Virus record (IMG/VR): IMGVR_UViG_3300005326_000040
Location: 224,001-288,000 of that record
DNA: 64,000 nucleotides
Origin: a virus
Lineage: Duplodnaviria > Caudoviricetes
Strand: one strand, 5' to 3'
Below the pieces are notes generated by a model that was not told the origin of the DNA, did not search any database, and saw only the letters and a list, made by a program, of their open reading frames with translations. Each line of letters starts with the position of its first letter. Position 1 is the stretch's first letter. The position numbers and the translations under genes are program-made. Shown here piece by piece: positions 8,344-17,784 of the stretch.

Positions 8344-9144
8344 ATGAAGCCAGTAATTCTTTTTAGAGCGGGGTTAGCTGAAGAAGACGAGAAGATTGCT
8401 GCCAGGACATATTTCAAAGTTGTTAATCAAAGAGCGCAAATTAAACCGGGTGAGCTTGTTATCCCTAGGTATTCTGCTCTTCCATTTTTTCATGAGCTTG
8501 TCGTTGATGTAGACTACCTTGGAGGAAAGGTTATCAACAACGTCAGACAACATAATTTCATTGCCGACCTAGAAAATTGGTATGCTGTTCTTAGTGATGT
8601 AACGCCGAAGACTTGGTTTAGGTTTGAAGATATTCCTCCTGAAGAGGATGGGATGCCCTTTGTTCTTAAGGGAGCCACAAACTCTAAAAAGCACCAGTGG
8701 CTTACTCATATGTTTGCTCCTAACAGAACAGAGGCTGCAAAAATCTACTGGGAATTATCGCATGACGGGTTGATTTGTGATCAGAATGTTTATATCCGTA
8801 AGTTTGTAAAACTGAAGAAATTGCTGGATGGCATCAATGGAATGCCTGTCACAAACGAATGGCGAACGTTTGTGATGCATGGACATGTTTTAGCCTCAGG
8901 ATATTACTGGTCAAATTATTGGGATGATTTAGAAGAAAAGCCGCAAATGGATGAGGCTGCATACGCTCTTATCCAAAAAGTTATTGACAGGGTTGGGTAT
9001 GGTTCAAATTTCTATGTCATTGATATCGGTCAACTAGAAGATGGTTCATGGATTCTTATAGAGCTAAACGACGGAATGATGAGCGGATTATCAATGGTTG
9101 ACCCGGTTGAGTTATATAGAAATATGGCTGTTCTTTTAGCCTAG
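8344..9144 (+). CDS. ATP-grasp domain protein (R2K/DUF4343-like)
   Basis: PFVLK, EWRTFV, VIDIG..EDG.W.LIELNDG..SGL. Confidence 0.75.
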   Translation: MKPVILFRAGLAEEDEKIAARTYFKVVNQRAQIKPGELVIPRYSALPFFHELVVDVDYLGGKVINNVRQHNFIADLENWYAVLSDVTPKTWFRFEDIPPEEDGMPFVLKGATNSKKHQWLTHMFAPNRTEAAKIYWELSHDGLICDQNVYIRKFVKLKKLLDGINGMPVTNEWRTFVMHGHVLASGYYWSNYWDDLEEKPQMDEAAYALIQKVIDRVGYGSNFYVIDIGQLEDGSWILIELNDGMMSGLSMVDPVELYRNMAVLLA

Positions 9145-9154
9145 AAAGGGAAAC

Positions 9155-9478
9155 ATGTTAGTTACAATTGAACCGACAGATGAACGATATATTCAGGCGC
9201 CCGAGGGGCTGCGAGAATTTGTAGAGTACATGAATGAGTTACTTACCATTGACCGCTCTGCAATCAGTAGGCTTTTTGCTTATCGAGTAGGCTGTGTTCC
9301 TGAATTAGAGATGCATGGGAATGTGCAAGTGGCGACAGACGAAAGAGGAAAACTTACGGTGGCGCCCATTGGCATTATTGGTGGTTTTTTTAATGAGGGC
9401 ATTTATCGATTTGGTGTCAACATAGAAGATGATGACACGATTGTGTCCTTTATTATTGTTGCTGATATAGTTTCTTAA
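9155..9478 (+). CDS. hypothetical protein
   Basis: 107-aa ORF with RBS. Confidence 0.6.
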   Translation: MLVTIEPTDERYIQAPEGLREFVEYMNELLTIDRSAISRLFAYRVGCVPELEMHGNVQVATDERGKLTVAPIGIIGGFFNEGIYRFGVNIEDDDTIVSFIIVADIVS

Positions 9479-9489
9479 AGAAATATATC

Positions 9490-9603
9490 GTGGAAATATT
9501 TGATCATTATCCTCTTTTGATCAGTTTTGTTTTGGCTGCGTCTTTGATTTTTGTGGCGTTATGGCTGGACCTTCGGGAGTTAAAGAAAAACAAAAATGAA
9601 TAA
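9490..9603 (+). CDS. small single-TM protein (37 aa)
   Basis: Manual translation (GTG) EIFDHYPLLISFVLAASLIFVALWLDLRELKKNKNE; overlaps next start. Confidence 0.45.
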   Translation: MEIFDHYPLLISFVLAASLIFVALWLDLRELKKNKNE

Positions 9604-9994
9604 ACTTTTAAACTCGTTATTGCTTAAGATTTATGCATTTGACGAGAGTCAGGAAGAGCTTTCAACTGAAGATAATAAGCTTTTTTTGACGGTTGTTGGG
9701 TCGTTTTTTCGTTCTCGATTTCGCTCTCGCAAACTTGAAGCAAAATGTTTTGAAAGAACTTTGTTCTTAGGCGCAGGAGATCATTCCATTGAAATGGTTT
9801 TAGATTTATATTCGAAAGTGTATGAAGCTATTTCCATAATGGGCGGGCTACAGCAACCAGAACATCCTGAATCAGCAGAGGCTGCGATTGCATGCGCTAA
9901 GCAACAGTTACGAGAAGAAAAACGTTTGCGCCAAATTGTGGGGGATATTGTGTCTGCATTTGGATATGACCCAACCACCCTGGAGGAAAAATGA
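9596..9994 (+). CDS. hypothetical protein
   Basis: 132-aa ORF in operon. Confidence 0.6.
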   Translation: MNKLLNSLLLKIYAFDESQEELSTEDNKLFLTVVGSFFRSRFRSRKLEAKCFERTLFLGAGDHSIEMVLDLYSKVYEAISIMGGLQQPEHPESAEAAIACAKQQLREEKRLRQIVGDIVSAFGYDPTTLEEK

Positions 9995-10290
9995 CTCCAG
10001 AAAAGATGAAAGAAGTAGTTAGGGCGTCAGCCACTTTAATTCATAAACTGTATGATCAATATGCGAAACCGCTCGATTCAGTGTGTTTAAGCGAAATGGG
10101 CTTTATGTTTGACTTATATCATCCAGAAGATGTCATGGGACATTTGCTTTGGATGTGTAACGAGATTGAAACAAAATTAGCCGACACTGATATGAGCAAA
10201 GCTGATAGGTGGCTTGGTTTTATTCAAGGCGTTTTGTGGAGCACAAGTTGCGCCACAATTGATGAGATGCGAGAAATGAATCGCGCGTAA
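9991..10290 (+). CDS. hypothetical phage protein
   Basis: KADRWLGFIQGVLW motif; GGAGG RBS. Confidence 0.65.
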   Translation: MTPEKMKEVVRASATLIHKLYDQYAKPLDSVCLSEMGFMFDLYHPEDVMGHLLWMCNEIETKLADTDMSKADRWLGFIQGVLWSTSCATIDEMREMNRA

Positions 10291-10307
10291 AAGTTTGGAG
10301 TTTCAGA

Positions 10308-11033
10308 ATGTTCAAGCTTCCCCTTGATATTTCGGTAAGGAAAAATACTGATGGCTCCTGGGTGGGCAAGAAAGCCTTTTTTAGCTACTGTATTAGGCTA
10401 AACAAAACGCCGTCATATAAGGAGCTTGGTAGTTTCGAGTTTTCTATTCCGTCTCAGTTTAATCACATTTATCTCTCTCAAGGTGATGAACATCTAACTT
10501 TTGCTGTTGCATCATTTCTGGCGGCTGTATGGATAAGTATACCTCCAATCATACCTAAAATGGCTGATAAGACTATTTTTTCATTAGCCGCACATGATGG
10601 TAATATTTGGTGGAAGTTTTTCACCGATCGAAATGGTTGGAGTAGTAAAACTCCAAAGTGGAAGAATGGTTACTTTCAGGTCGATGATTTTATTCTAGGC
10701 AAAAGTGAATGTTCTCATGTCTTGATTTCTGAAAAGGAAGTCGAAATACCTATGCCTGAAAAAGCTTACAAGGCTAAGGTAAAGTTAGAAGATTGGACAT
10801 GGAAACGTCCCAGGTGGTTTGCTCAAACGATACGGAAAACTGATATTGAGATGTTAGATGGAGAACAAATTCCTATTCCTGGGAAGGGAGATAATTCCTG
10901 GGATTGTGGAGATGATGCAATTTTTTCTCTTTTGACGCCCGCAAAGACAATTGAAGAAGGCATTGGGTTATTTGTTGCTGATGTCTTGAAAACAAGAATG
11001 AAGAGAATGGGTTCACATAGGTGGGAGAAATGA
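10308..11033 (+). CDS. hypothetical phage protein
   Basis: 241-aa Trp-rich ORF; GGAG RBS. Confidence 0.7.
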   Translation: MFKLPLDISVRKNTDGSWVGKKAFFSYCIRLNKTPSYKELGSFEFSIPSQFNHIYLSQGDEHLTFAVASFLAAVWISIPPIIPKMADKTIFSLAAHDGNIWWKFFTDRNGWSSKTPKWKNGYFQVDDFILGKSECSHVLISEKEVEIPMPEKAYKAKVKLEDWTWKRPRWFAQTIRKTDIEMLDGEQIPIPGKGDNSWDCGDDAIFSLLTPAKTIEEGIGLFVADVLKTRMKRMGSHRWEK

Positions 11034-11293
11034 TGTTTTTGAAACGTTGGTTGCGTATTTTGCGGGGCGAGAAGAGAGTTCCTTTAGATGAGCAAATTTG
11101 GTTATGCAAACGTGCCATGAGACGTACTGAAAAAGAAATTGAAGAAATGGATGATTATGCTTATCATAATGACGAGTGTTGTTCGGAATGTGCGTTTGGA
11201 CTAGGATACATTGAAACTGTTTATAAAGTAGAGCGCCAGCGAGCGTGGATCGAAGTTTTAGAAGAACGTAAAAGAAAACGACAGAAAAAGTAG
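11021..11293 (+). CDS. hypothetical protein
   Basis: 90-aa ORF in operon. Confidence 0.55.
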   Translation: MGEMMFLKRWLRILRGEKRVPLDEQIWLCKRAMRRTEKEIEEMDDYAYHNDECCSECAFGLGYIETVYKVERQRAWIEVLEERKRKRQKK

Positions 11294-11430
11294 ATTTCTA
11301 CTAATACTAGGTTATATACTAACAATGATGAAAAGGAGTAATTGGAGGTGCCCACGTCTGGTTCAACAGCTTAGCTGTTGCGACGTGTACCGCCATATTT
11401 CCTTTACCCGTTCCGTTGTCTAAGGTACAC

Positions 11431-11502
11431 GGACGGGTAGCTGAGATGGATTAGCGCGATTTTGAAACAATCGAGACGCCAGATCGTTACTGGCCCTGTC
11501 CA
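11431..11502 (+). tRNA. tRNA-Phe(GAA), atypical T-loop
   Basis: GGACGGG/CCTGTCC acceptor, CGATT-TT-GAA-AC-AATCG, T-arm GCCAG-ATCGTTA-CTGGC. Confidence 0.8.
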
Positions 11503-12191
11503 CTGGTTGGCGGATATTTTCGAAGTCGTTTTCTAATCGCATTGTCAGAAACCCCTAGTTCTTTGGAAACCTGAAGATAGTTTGAGTTATCAACCATACT
11601 TTGTAATGTATTGCTGTCTGGCCACATTATCTTGGTATGTTTGTTTCTATTTAGTTTGTCTTTGCATTTCTTGCACCGGTAAGATTTCCTGGATATCTTG
11701 CAACCACAATCGGTACATCGTTTTGGCCTTGTTGTATATTGTCCACGACAGTATGTTGTTGTCTGAGAATGGCAATTGGGGCACAACAATCTCAAATTAC
11801 TAAGTTGATTGTTGGTTGTGTTTCCATCTTTGTGATCTAAATGAAGTGTTAACTTCTTGTTTTGCCATTGATTGATTCCACACTCAGAGCACTTGTCTTC
11901 TAGAACTTGTTCTTTGATGAGTCTGTTTTTGAGATGTGCGGTTGATGCATAAGTGCTGTTTTCAACTAATATTTCATTCAATGGTAACTTTTTCTTGAAA
12001 TTACCTGCATTGTTGTCTGGCATCCTGAGATGAGATACATCAATATTCAAGCGTCTAACATGTTTATCAATTGATTTGTAATTACCGGAATTGACACTAG
12101 AATACCCAAGCTTCCTTATAATTTCTGCTTTGGTGGTGCTTGTTTCAACAGCTCTGATAAGGTCTTTGTCTGTCCATGTACGATAACTCAT
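11487..12191 (-). CDS. HNH homing endonuclease
   Basis: CSECG...LHLDHKDGNTTNNQLSNLRLLCPNCHSQT, extra Zn finger, C-terminal HTH; GGAGG RBS before MSYRT. Confidence 0.9.
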   Translation of the reverse strand: MSYRTWTDKDLIRAVETSTTKAEIIRKLGYSSVNSGNYKSIDKHVRRLNIDVSHLRMPDNNAGNFKKKLPLNEILVENSTYASTAHLKNRLIKEQVLEDKCSECGINQWQNKKLTLHLDHKDGNTTNNQLSNLRLLCPNCHSQTTTYCRGQYTTRPKRCTDCGCKISRKSYRCKKCKDKLNRNKHTKIMWPDSNTLQSMVDNSNYLQVSKELGVSDNAIRKRLRKYPPTSGQGQ

Positions 12192-12294
12192 TTGAACCTC
12201 CAACACCAATGTGTCATCATTGATAGAGTGGTTCGAGTTGATATATAATCGGAGTGTAGATGCTCACCTTGAGCACTCTTGTAAGGAGCTTTTC

Positions 12295-12480
12295 ATGAAC
12301 GAAAAAGTAAGATTCAATGAATCATGCCGAAGACTGTATGCTCATCAAGAACAACATAAGGAAGATAATTTTGATGTTGCTGTGTTTCTAATGCAATCAG
12401 TTTTGAAGACATTAGACGACGAATCAATCAAGAAAATAAGTGATGATATTGATCGTTGGTTGAAGAAATATTCAAAGTAA
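12295..12480 (+). CDS. hypothetical protein
   Basis: AAGGAG RBS before ATG at 12295. Confidence 0.55.
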   Translation: MNEKVRFNESCRRLYAHQEQHKEDNFDVAVFLMQSVLKTLDDESIKKISDDIDRWLKKYSK

Positions 12481-12493
12481 GTTGACTTAAAAT

Positions 12494-12571
12494 GGTGGTG
12501 GTAGCCAAGAGGTCTAAGGCGCTGGATTGTGGCTCCAGTTATCGCGGGTTCAAATCCCGTCCATCACCCCA
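12494..12571 (+). tRNA. tRNA-His(GTG)
   Basis: G-1:C73 pair, GTGGTGG/CCATCAC, CTGGA-TT-GTG-GC-TCCAG, CCA encoded. Confidence 0.95.
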
Positions 12572-12572
12572 T

Positions 12573-12645
12573 CTCCAATAGGTGTAACGGATTGCACGCT
12601 TGGCTACGGACTAAGAAGTTACAGGTTCGATTCCTGTATTGGAGG
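12573..12645 (+). tRNA. tRNA-Arg(ACG)
   Basis: CTCCAAT/ATTGGAG, CTTGG-CT-ACG-GA-CTAAG, TTCGATT T-loop; CCA not encoded. Confidence 0.9.
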
Positions 12646-13425
12646 CTAGGTTGGAGAAAAGTTTCTTGTTCTAGTGACTCGTGTCATTCCAGGAGGAGCA
12701 TCATTTGCAAACCAAGTGGATGTGTTTTCTTGGTGCCATAGAAGCGCTGGGTCAACATTTATCAATTCAATTTCTGTTTCTCGGCAAGCTCGAAGCATAG
12801 CATAATCTGGAGGAACTTGTTTTCTTTGTTCTGCATTCAAGCCAGCCGTCATAGCTTTAAGTTTATGAGAAATTTTCACAGCCACATTGGAATGCATGAT
12901 ATGGCCCTGTGCTCCCATACCATCTGTAAAAGACGGCTTTGGAGAATGTAGGCTATATTTGTCAATTTGGATGCCAGCAGGAGTATAACAAAGAGGAAAA
13001 TATTCTTGTAGAAAGCAATCGTGCATACTAAGAACGATTTGTTTATTTAAAGCGGTTTCAGCTGCAACCAGTAGTCCATAGGCTTTTTTCAGCCAATCTC
13101 GTGTAAACAGAATATCATCCTCTAGTTCTACAACAATATCGCCATTAGCTGCTCCCCAATCTAATACGCGCGACATATTGTTGGTGCCAAGGTATTTGAT
13201 TCCGTTAAAGTCATCAAACGAATCAAGTTCTTCTTGGCTGCGCGCTATCAAACCAACTTGTGGAATAATGTTAGCTGATAAAGCGTCAGCAAAAACGGTT
13301 ATGTTTTCAGGAATTACAGTGTCATCGGAAGCAATAGCGGATATCAAAGTAGCCGGAAGAGGGTCGGGATTTCTTGGATAAGTGATAATACCAACTGATA
13401 TTTTGCGATCTGGAGGGATAAACAT
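12646..13425 (-). CDS. putative GT-A fold glycosyltransferase
   Basis: VGIITYPR N-terminal strand, ELEDD DxD-like motif, PDY.M, WHQ..ST tail. Confidence 0.6.
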   Translation of the reverse strand: MFIPPDRKISVGIITYPRNPDPLPATLISAIASDDTVIPENITVFADALSANIIPQVGLIARSQEELDSFDDFNGIKYLGTNNMSRVLDWGAANGDIVVELEDDILFTRDWLKKAYGLLVAAETALNKQIVLSMHDCFLQEYFPLCYTPAGIQIDKYSLHSPKPSFTDGMGAQGHIMHSNVAVKISHKLKAMTAGLNAEQRKQVPPDYAMLRACRETEIELINVDPALLWHQENTSTWFANDAPPGMTRVTRTRNFSPT

Positions 13426-13484
13426 GATGAAGTATATATCGTAAACCGTCTGGATAATGGCTATCTATTTTTTATCATCAATAT

Positions 13485-15056
13485 ATGTCTAAGCCAAAAG
13501 GTATATTTACCTCTAAATATTCTCAATATAAATATGGTGCCGGTCAAAGTGTTGATGAGTTTATAGTTCAAAATATAGCTGAGTTGACACAACTGTATGA
13601 TAAGGGTTTCAATGATGGTTGGACAGTGTATGTTCGTTCATTGCGAGCCTCTTTTAAGCTGACATTTGCAAGTGCGCGTTCAGAAGATAACATTTCTGTT
13701 GTTCGAGCCAGGAGTGGTCGAGGGCAGTGGTTGCGAGATTTAAGTACAATTGATTTTGTGTGGAAAAATCAAACAACATGGTTTATCGACCCAGTTAATG
13801 GCTCTGATGAAGCAACGGGCATTGACCAAACCAATGCATTAAAAACATGTATGGAATGGTTTAGACGTACGGGTGGAGTCATTGATAATATTACAATGAC
13901 GGTAACTATTATGAGTAATGTATCGGCACCCGATTCGTTTCCAAGTCGCATCATAGCTCAAAACGGTGGTAATCTTAGAGTGGCTGGGCTTAAAACAGTT
14001 GTTGAAACAGGGCAATTATTGAGTTATACTGCGCCTGATTATGGTAATAACACGTTAGGTCAGATTGCTAAAGCTTCTGGAGATTGGGTTGAGCAAGAAG
14101 GCAGACTTATTTATATTACAGAAAAAAATGCTTGGGCTAGAATTGTAAAAGACTTAGGAAACGGCTTGGCTAGTGTAACAAAGTTTGTTGCAACAACTAA
14201 TGAAAATTCAGCATTTGCGAATGTACGTTCAGGTCAAACGCCTCAAGCTGGAAACACATATACTGTTTATACACTTCCGCTTTTGCCAATGATAAATGGG
14301 CTTGAAGTTTTTGGAGATCAACGACGGCCTAGTTTAATAAACGAAGGTTTTATTGTTTTTAAGGATCTTAGACTGACGATTGAGGCTGAAAATGGAAATT
14401 GGGGATATTTGAAAATAAACAATCATTCTCAATTTTATGTAATTTTTACTAAAGTAGATTTTCCTTATTGCCAACTTCACGGGTCTTTATATTTGATGTT
14501 TTGCCATTCTGGATATAATTCTGAAAGTCAGTATATGTGGTGTTTTGGGGATACTACAGGCACTTTGGCATTAATGTATCATTTGCATACTAAAGGGTTT
14601 TTATCTTTGATTTCTGTGCCTTATTCGTCATTTATTTCTTTAAGAGATGTTGTGGTGGATTCTGGGTATGTCTCAGTTTCTGGTGGTGGAGCATCTGTCT
14701 CAGAAGGTCTTGGCGTGTTTAACAGTTCTAACCCAGTGCGTATTTCTCGTGATAGCAAATTAACCATATATGGAAAGTTTTATGGCTCTGGTAACACTGG
14801 GATTTGTGTTCAAATTGAGGGCTCATTAATTACGCCGTCTACTTTTTCTGATATTACAATTACAAATGTAGCTGGAACAGATCAGTTGCGAGTTGGTGGG
14901 AGCGTTAATTTACTACCAGACATTACTGCTTCTGCTGGGGCAGTATTGCCAGCGGTGGCACCCTGTACTACCTGGGCACAGCTAGGTGCTTCGCCTTTTA
15001 GTGGTAAGGCGTTCAATTATGGTAATGGCGCATACATTGGGCCTGCAAGTCTCTAA
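13485..15056 (+). CDS. tailspike/beta-helix-like structural protein
   Basis: N-terminal D..VVRA..G.W.R module, WFIDPVNGSD..TG motif, Gly/Ser/Val-rich beta repeats. Confidence 0.55.
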   Translation: MSKPKGIFTSKYSQYKYGAGQSVDEFIVQNIAELTQLYDKGFNDGWTVYVRSLRASFKLTFASARSEDNISVVRARSGRGQWLRDLSTIDFVWKNQTTWFIDPVNGSDEATGIDQTNALKTCMEWFRRTGGVIDNITMTVTIMSNVSAPDSFPSRIIAQNGGNLRVAGLKTVVETGQLLSYTAPDYGNNTLGQIAKASGDWVEQEGRLIYITEKNAWARIVKDLGNGLASVTKFVATTNENSAFANVRSGQTPQAGNTYTVYTLPLLPMINGLEVFGDQRRPSLINEGFIVFKDLRLTIEAENGNWGYLKINNHSQFYVIFTKVDFPYCQLHGSLYLMFCHSGYNSESQYMWCFGDTTGTLALMYHLHTKGFLSLISVPYSSFISLRDVVVDSGYVSVSGGGASVSEGLGVFNSSNPVRISRDSKLTIYGKFYGSGNTGICVQIEGSLITPSTFSDITITNVAGTDQLRVGGSVNLLPDITASAGAVLPAVAPCTTWAQLGASPFSGKAFNYGNGAYIGPASL

Positions 15057-15100
15057 GAATCCTTTTCTATTTTCATTTCTCTTACTTGTAAGGAGTTGAA

Positions 15101-15418
15101 ATGGAAAACCTAACATCTGATACATTCGATAAAACAATTGCAGAAAATTCAATGCTTATTTTAGACTTTTGGGCTCCGTGGTGTGGCCCATGCAGAGCTT
15201 TTGGCCCTGTGTTTGAAAAGTCTTCCAAAGCTCATTCTGATATTTATTTTGCGAAAGTAAACGTTGATGAACAGCCCGAAATAGCTTCTAAATTTGGGGT
15301 TCGTTCAATTCCAACAATTGTTGCGATTAAAAACCAAACAGTAGTCTTCAATCAAGCCGGGATGTTACGGGAAGGTGATTTGGATAAATTGGTCGAGGAG
15401 TTGAAAAAGCTAATATAA
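15101..15418 (+). CDS. trxA: thioredoxin
   Basis: DFWAPWCGPC, SIPT. Confidence 0.95.
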   Translation: MENLTSDTFDKTIAENSMLILDFWAPWCGPCRAFGPVFEKSSKAHSDIYFAKVNVDEQPEIASKFGVRSIPTIVAIKNQTVVFNQAGMLREGDLDKLVEELKKLI

Positions 15419-15478
15419 TTGAATTTAATTGACGTGTTGTTTTTTTGACAACAGTTTCATTCATTGGTACGAAAAGGC

Positions 15479-15637
15479 ATGAAGCTTATAGCATTTGTGA
15501 AAAAAGCCTTGGTCTGGTCGATTGGTGTTGGCGTTTATTTAATGATGTCAGTGGGCGCATTATGTTTATATTTCTGGGTGATTGAAAATTATCTGGAATG
15601 TAAGTTTATGAAGAAGCTTTGTGATGTTATTTGTTAG
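15479..15637 (+). CDS. small membrane protein (52 aa)
   Basis: Manual translation MKLIAFVKKALVWSIGVGVYLMMSVGALCFIFW... Confidence 0.45.
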   Translation: MKLIAFVKKALVWSIGVGVYLMMSVGALCLYFWVIENYLECKFMKKLCDVIC

Positions 15638-15690
15638 TTGTCGAGCATAGTTTCCTCCGTTGATAAGTATATGTCAATGGAGGCTTCTAA

Positions 15691-15894
15691 ATGAAGATTG
15701 ACAACACAAACGCAAAAGTAACGATTACGACCAAGGGAATTACAATTTCAGCGGACAAGACTACCATTTCTGCTACCGGAGGCATTACTATTACCGATGT
15801 CGGCGAAATTACTCTCAAGCGGACACGTAAGGGTTTTATTGTTGAAATCGCTTCGGAGTCAGTAGATTTCGAAAAGAATATTAATATTGCGTAA
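15691..15894 (+). CDS. hypothetical beta-rich protein
   Basis: GGAGG RBS; Thr/Ile repeats. Confidence 0.6.
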   Translation: MKIDNTNAKVTITTKGITISADKTTISATGGITITDVGEITLKRTRKGFIVEIASESVDFEKNINIA

Positions 15895-15905
15895 GGAATA
15901 TTTTA

Positions 15906-16187
15906 ATGAACGAAAATGTTATTGAAGCGTCTTCTGAAGGCAGTGAAGAGAAAGTTCAAAAGACCTCGAAAAAGAATAAGGTAAAGAAGGCTGCAAAGAA
16001 AGTAAAGCCCCTTCGAAAACCTAAAGCAAAGGTCTTGTGGCGATCTTATTCTAATAAGAAGAATCGCCGAGGAAAGACTAAAGAGCAGTTGGACAAGAAG
16101 AAAATTACGCTCAGCGAGGCAGTAGTTATTAATCCGCGTCCTATGTCGTATGAAGAAAAAGTCGAGCTAGCTAAATCTATGGTTTAA
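15906..16187 (+). CDS. Lys-rich hypothetical protein
   Basis: AAGGA RBS; highly basic. Confidence 0.6.
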   Translation: MNENVIEASSEGSEEKVQKTSKKNKVKKAAKKVKPLRKPKAKVLWRSYSNKKNRRGKTKEQLDKKKITLSEAVVINPRPMSYEEKVELAKSMV

Positions 16188-16411
16188 CCTAGAGTTTAGT
16201 CTTTTTGATCCTTTATCCCCGCCAAGCTAGACTCATGTGAATGAGTCAATACATTTGGAATGTAAAGTGGTTAGCCCTTTACATTAATCTTTTTCTACCT
16301 AAAGACAAAAACATTTACAAATCGTCTCTTTACGTCAATTTGGGGCGATTAAGATTGCATATTGAATTGGAACCGAAAAATCCTTGGAAACGTCGAATAG
16401 ACAGGTGAAAA

Positions 16412-16747
16412 ATGCTTTCTAGAAAAGCTTATATCCGGCAGGTTTTTCGAGATGCTGTTTTCGAACGAGCCAATTATAAATGTGAAATACCTGGTTGTAA
16501 TGTTGTTTCCAATCAAGAAGACGCTTGTGATGATTTAGACGTTCATCACATTACGAATCGCAAACTCTTTAAGTTTGGTGGATATGTAAAAGAAAATGGT
16601 ATCGCTGTCTGCCCAGCCTGCCATTTCAAAGCAGAACAATTTTGGGCGACAGGAACAGCCTCTTCTGGTTATCATCCTGATGACTTGTATGAGGTCATAG
16701 CTTCTTCTTTAGAGGAAGCGCTCAAGGCTGATAAGGATAATTATTGA
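16412..16747 (+). CDS. small HNH endonuclease
   Basis: VFERANYKCE..C, DVHHI, NGIAVCPACH. Confidence 0.85.
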   Translation: MLSRKAYIRQVFRDAVFERANYKCEIPGCNVVSNQEDACDDLDVHHITNRKLFKFGGYVKENGIAVCPACHFKAEQFWATGTASSGYHPDDLYEVIASSLEEALKADKDNY

Positions 16748-16750
16748 GCG

Positions 16751-17773
16751 ATGAAAAATATTGAAATTAGGCGCGACACTTTGGCATCAAAGCTCGATGA
16801 TTTTGAGATTTTCCGATGGAATAATTATCGGGAACAGCAGGTTCCTAATGGAAGCAAATTTAAGATAAATCAAGAGCCTTATCTTGATATTGTTTTGACG
16901 GACAAATGCAATCGTCATTGTCAGTTTTGTATTGCCGACCTTCTTGATAAGAGGGATGATTGTAATGTTTCTGTTTTTAAAGACCAGATATCTTGGGCAG
17001 TAGAAAACTTTGGAGTGCGTGAAGTTTTGCTTGTTGGCGGCGAGCCTACAATTGCGCCAGCTTTGTTTCCAATTTTGGAACATCTTAAATCTGTCTCGCA
17101 AATTAAGAAAGTCTGTCTCACAACCAATGGTGACCGTCTACTTTCAAGAGACGGGACGATAACAGATTTTGCTACTAAATTGTGTTCGTCTGGCGTAACT
17201 AACATTAATTTGTCTTTGATGTCATTACACAAAGACATTCAACAGAAAATCGGTGGGTCAGCGAACGCTTTTCATTTAGCTGGCTTACCAGCGCTTCATG
17301 CTCTTTGCGTGAAAAATGGTGTTTCTTTAAGAATTAACAGTAATGTGTTTAGAGGCAATCACGATACGCTTGCTTCCATTGTTGAATTTTATAGGACGGT
17401 ATCGCCGTATGTTCATAGCGTAAAGTTTTCTCCGCTTCTTCGTGTAGATAACTATTCTGTAGTTAATAAAGTGATCGATTTTGTCGTTCAAAATATTCTT
17501 ACCAACGAAGAATATGAAAGTCTTTTCAAGTCTGTAGAAGAATATTTTTCGGATTATCCTGTTGTGCGAAATCCTTTAACTTTTGGTTTTGTCGAATATA
17601 GCATGATAATAAGGGAAACGCCAATCATTTTGAATTACAATCATCGAGGTCAAATGGCAGCAAAGGCTGCGCTTGGTTTGGTTAACAATCTGAAGTTGTT
17701 GACCAATGGAAATCTTTCTTTGTCTTGGAATAAGGATGACGATTCTAAAGTCGTTCGATTTCCTGTTAAATAA
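16751..17773 (+). CDS. radical SAM protein
   Basis: CNRHCQFC (CxxxCxxC), GGEPT, TTNG. Confidence 0.9.
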   Translation: MKNIEIRRDTLASKLDDFEIFRWNNYREQQVPNGSKFKINQEPYLDIVLTDKCNRHCQFCIADLLDKRDDCNVSVFKDQISWAVENFGVREVLLVGGEPTIAPALFPILEHLKSVSQIKKVCLTTNGDRLLSRDGTITDFATKLCSSGVTNINLSLMSLHKDIQQKIGGSANAFHLAGLPALHALCVKNGVSLRINSNVFRGNHDTLASIVEFYRTVSPYVHSVKFSPLLRVDNYSVVNKVIDFVVQNILTNEEYESLFKSVEEYFSDYPVVRNPLTFGFVEYSMIIRETPIILNYNHRGQMAAKAALGLVNNLKLLTNGNLSLSWNKDDDSKVVRFPVK

Positions 17774-17784
17774 GTAGGCATAAA

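Noticed and set aside
12529-12741. 70-aa ORF
   Set aside because: Overlaps tRNA-His, tRNA-Arg and the antisense GT gene
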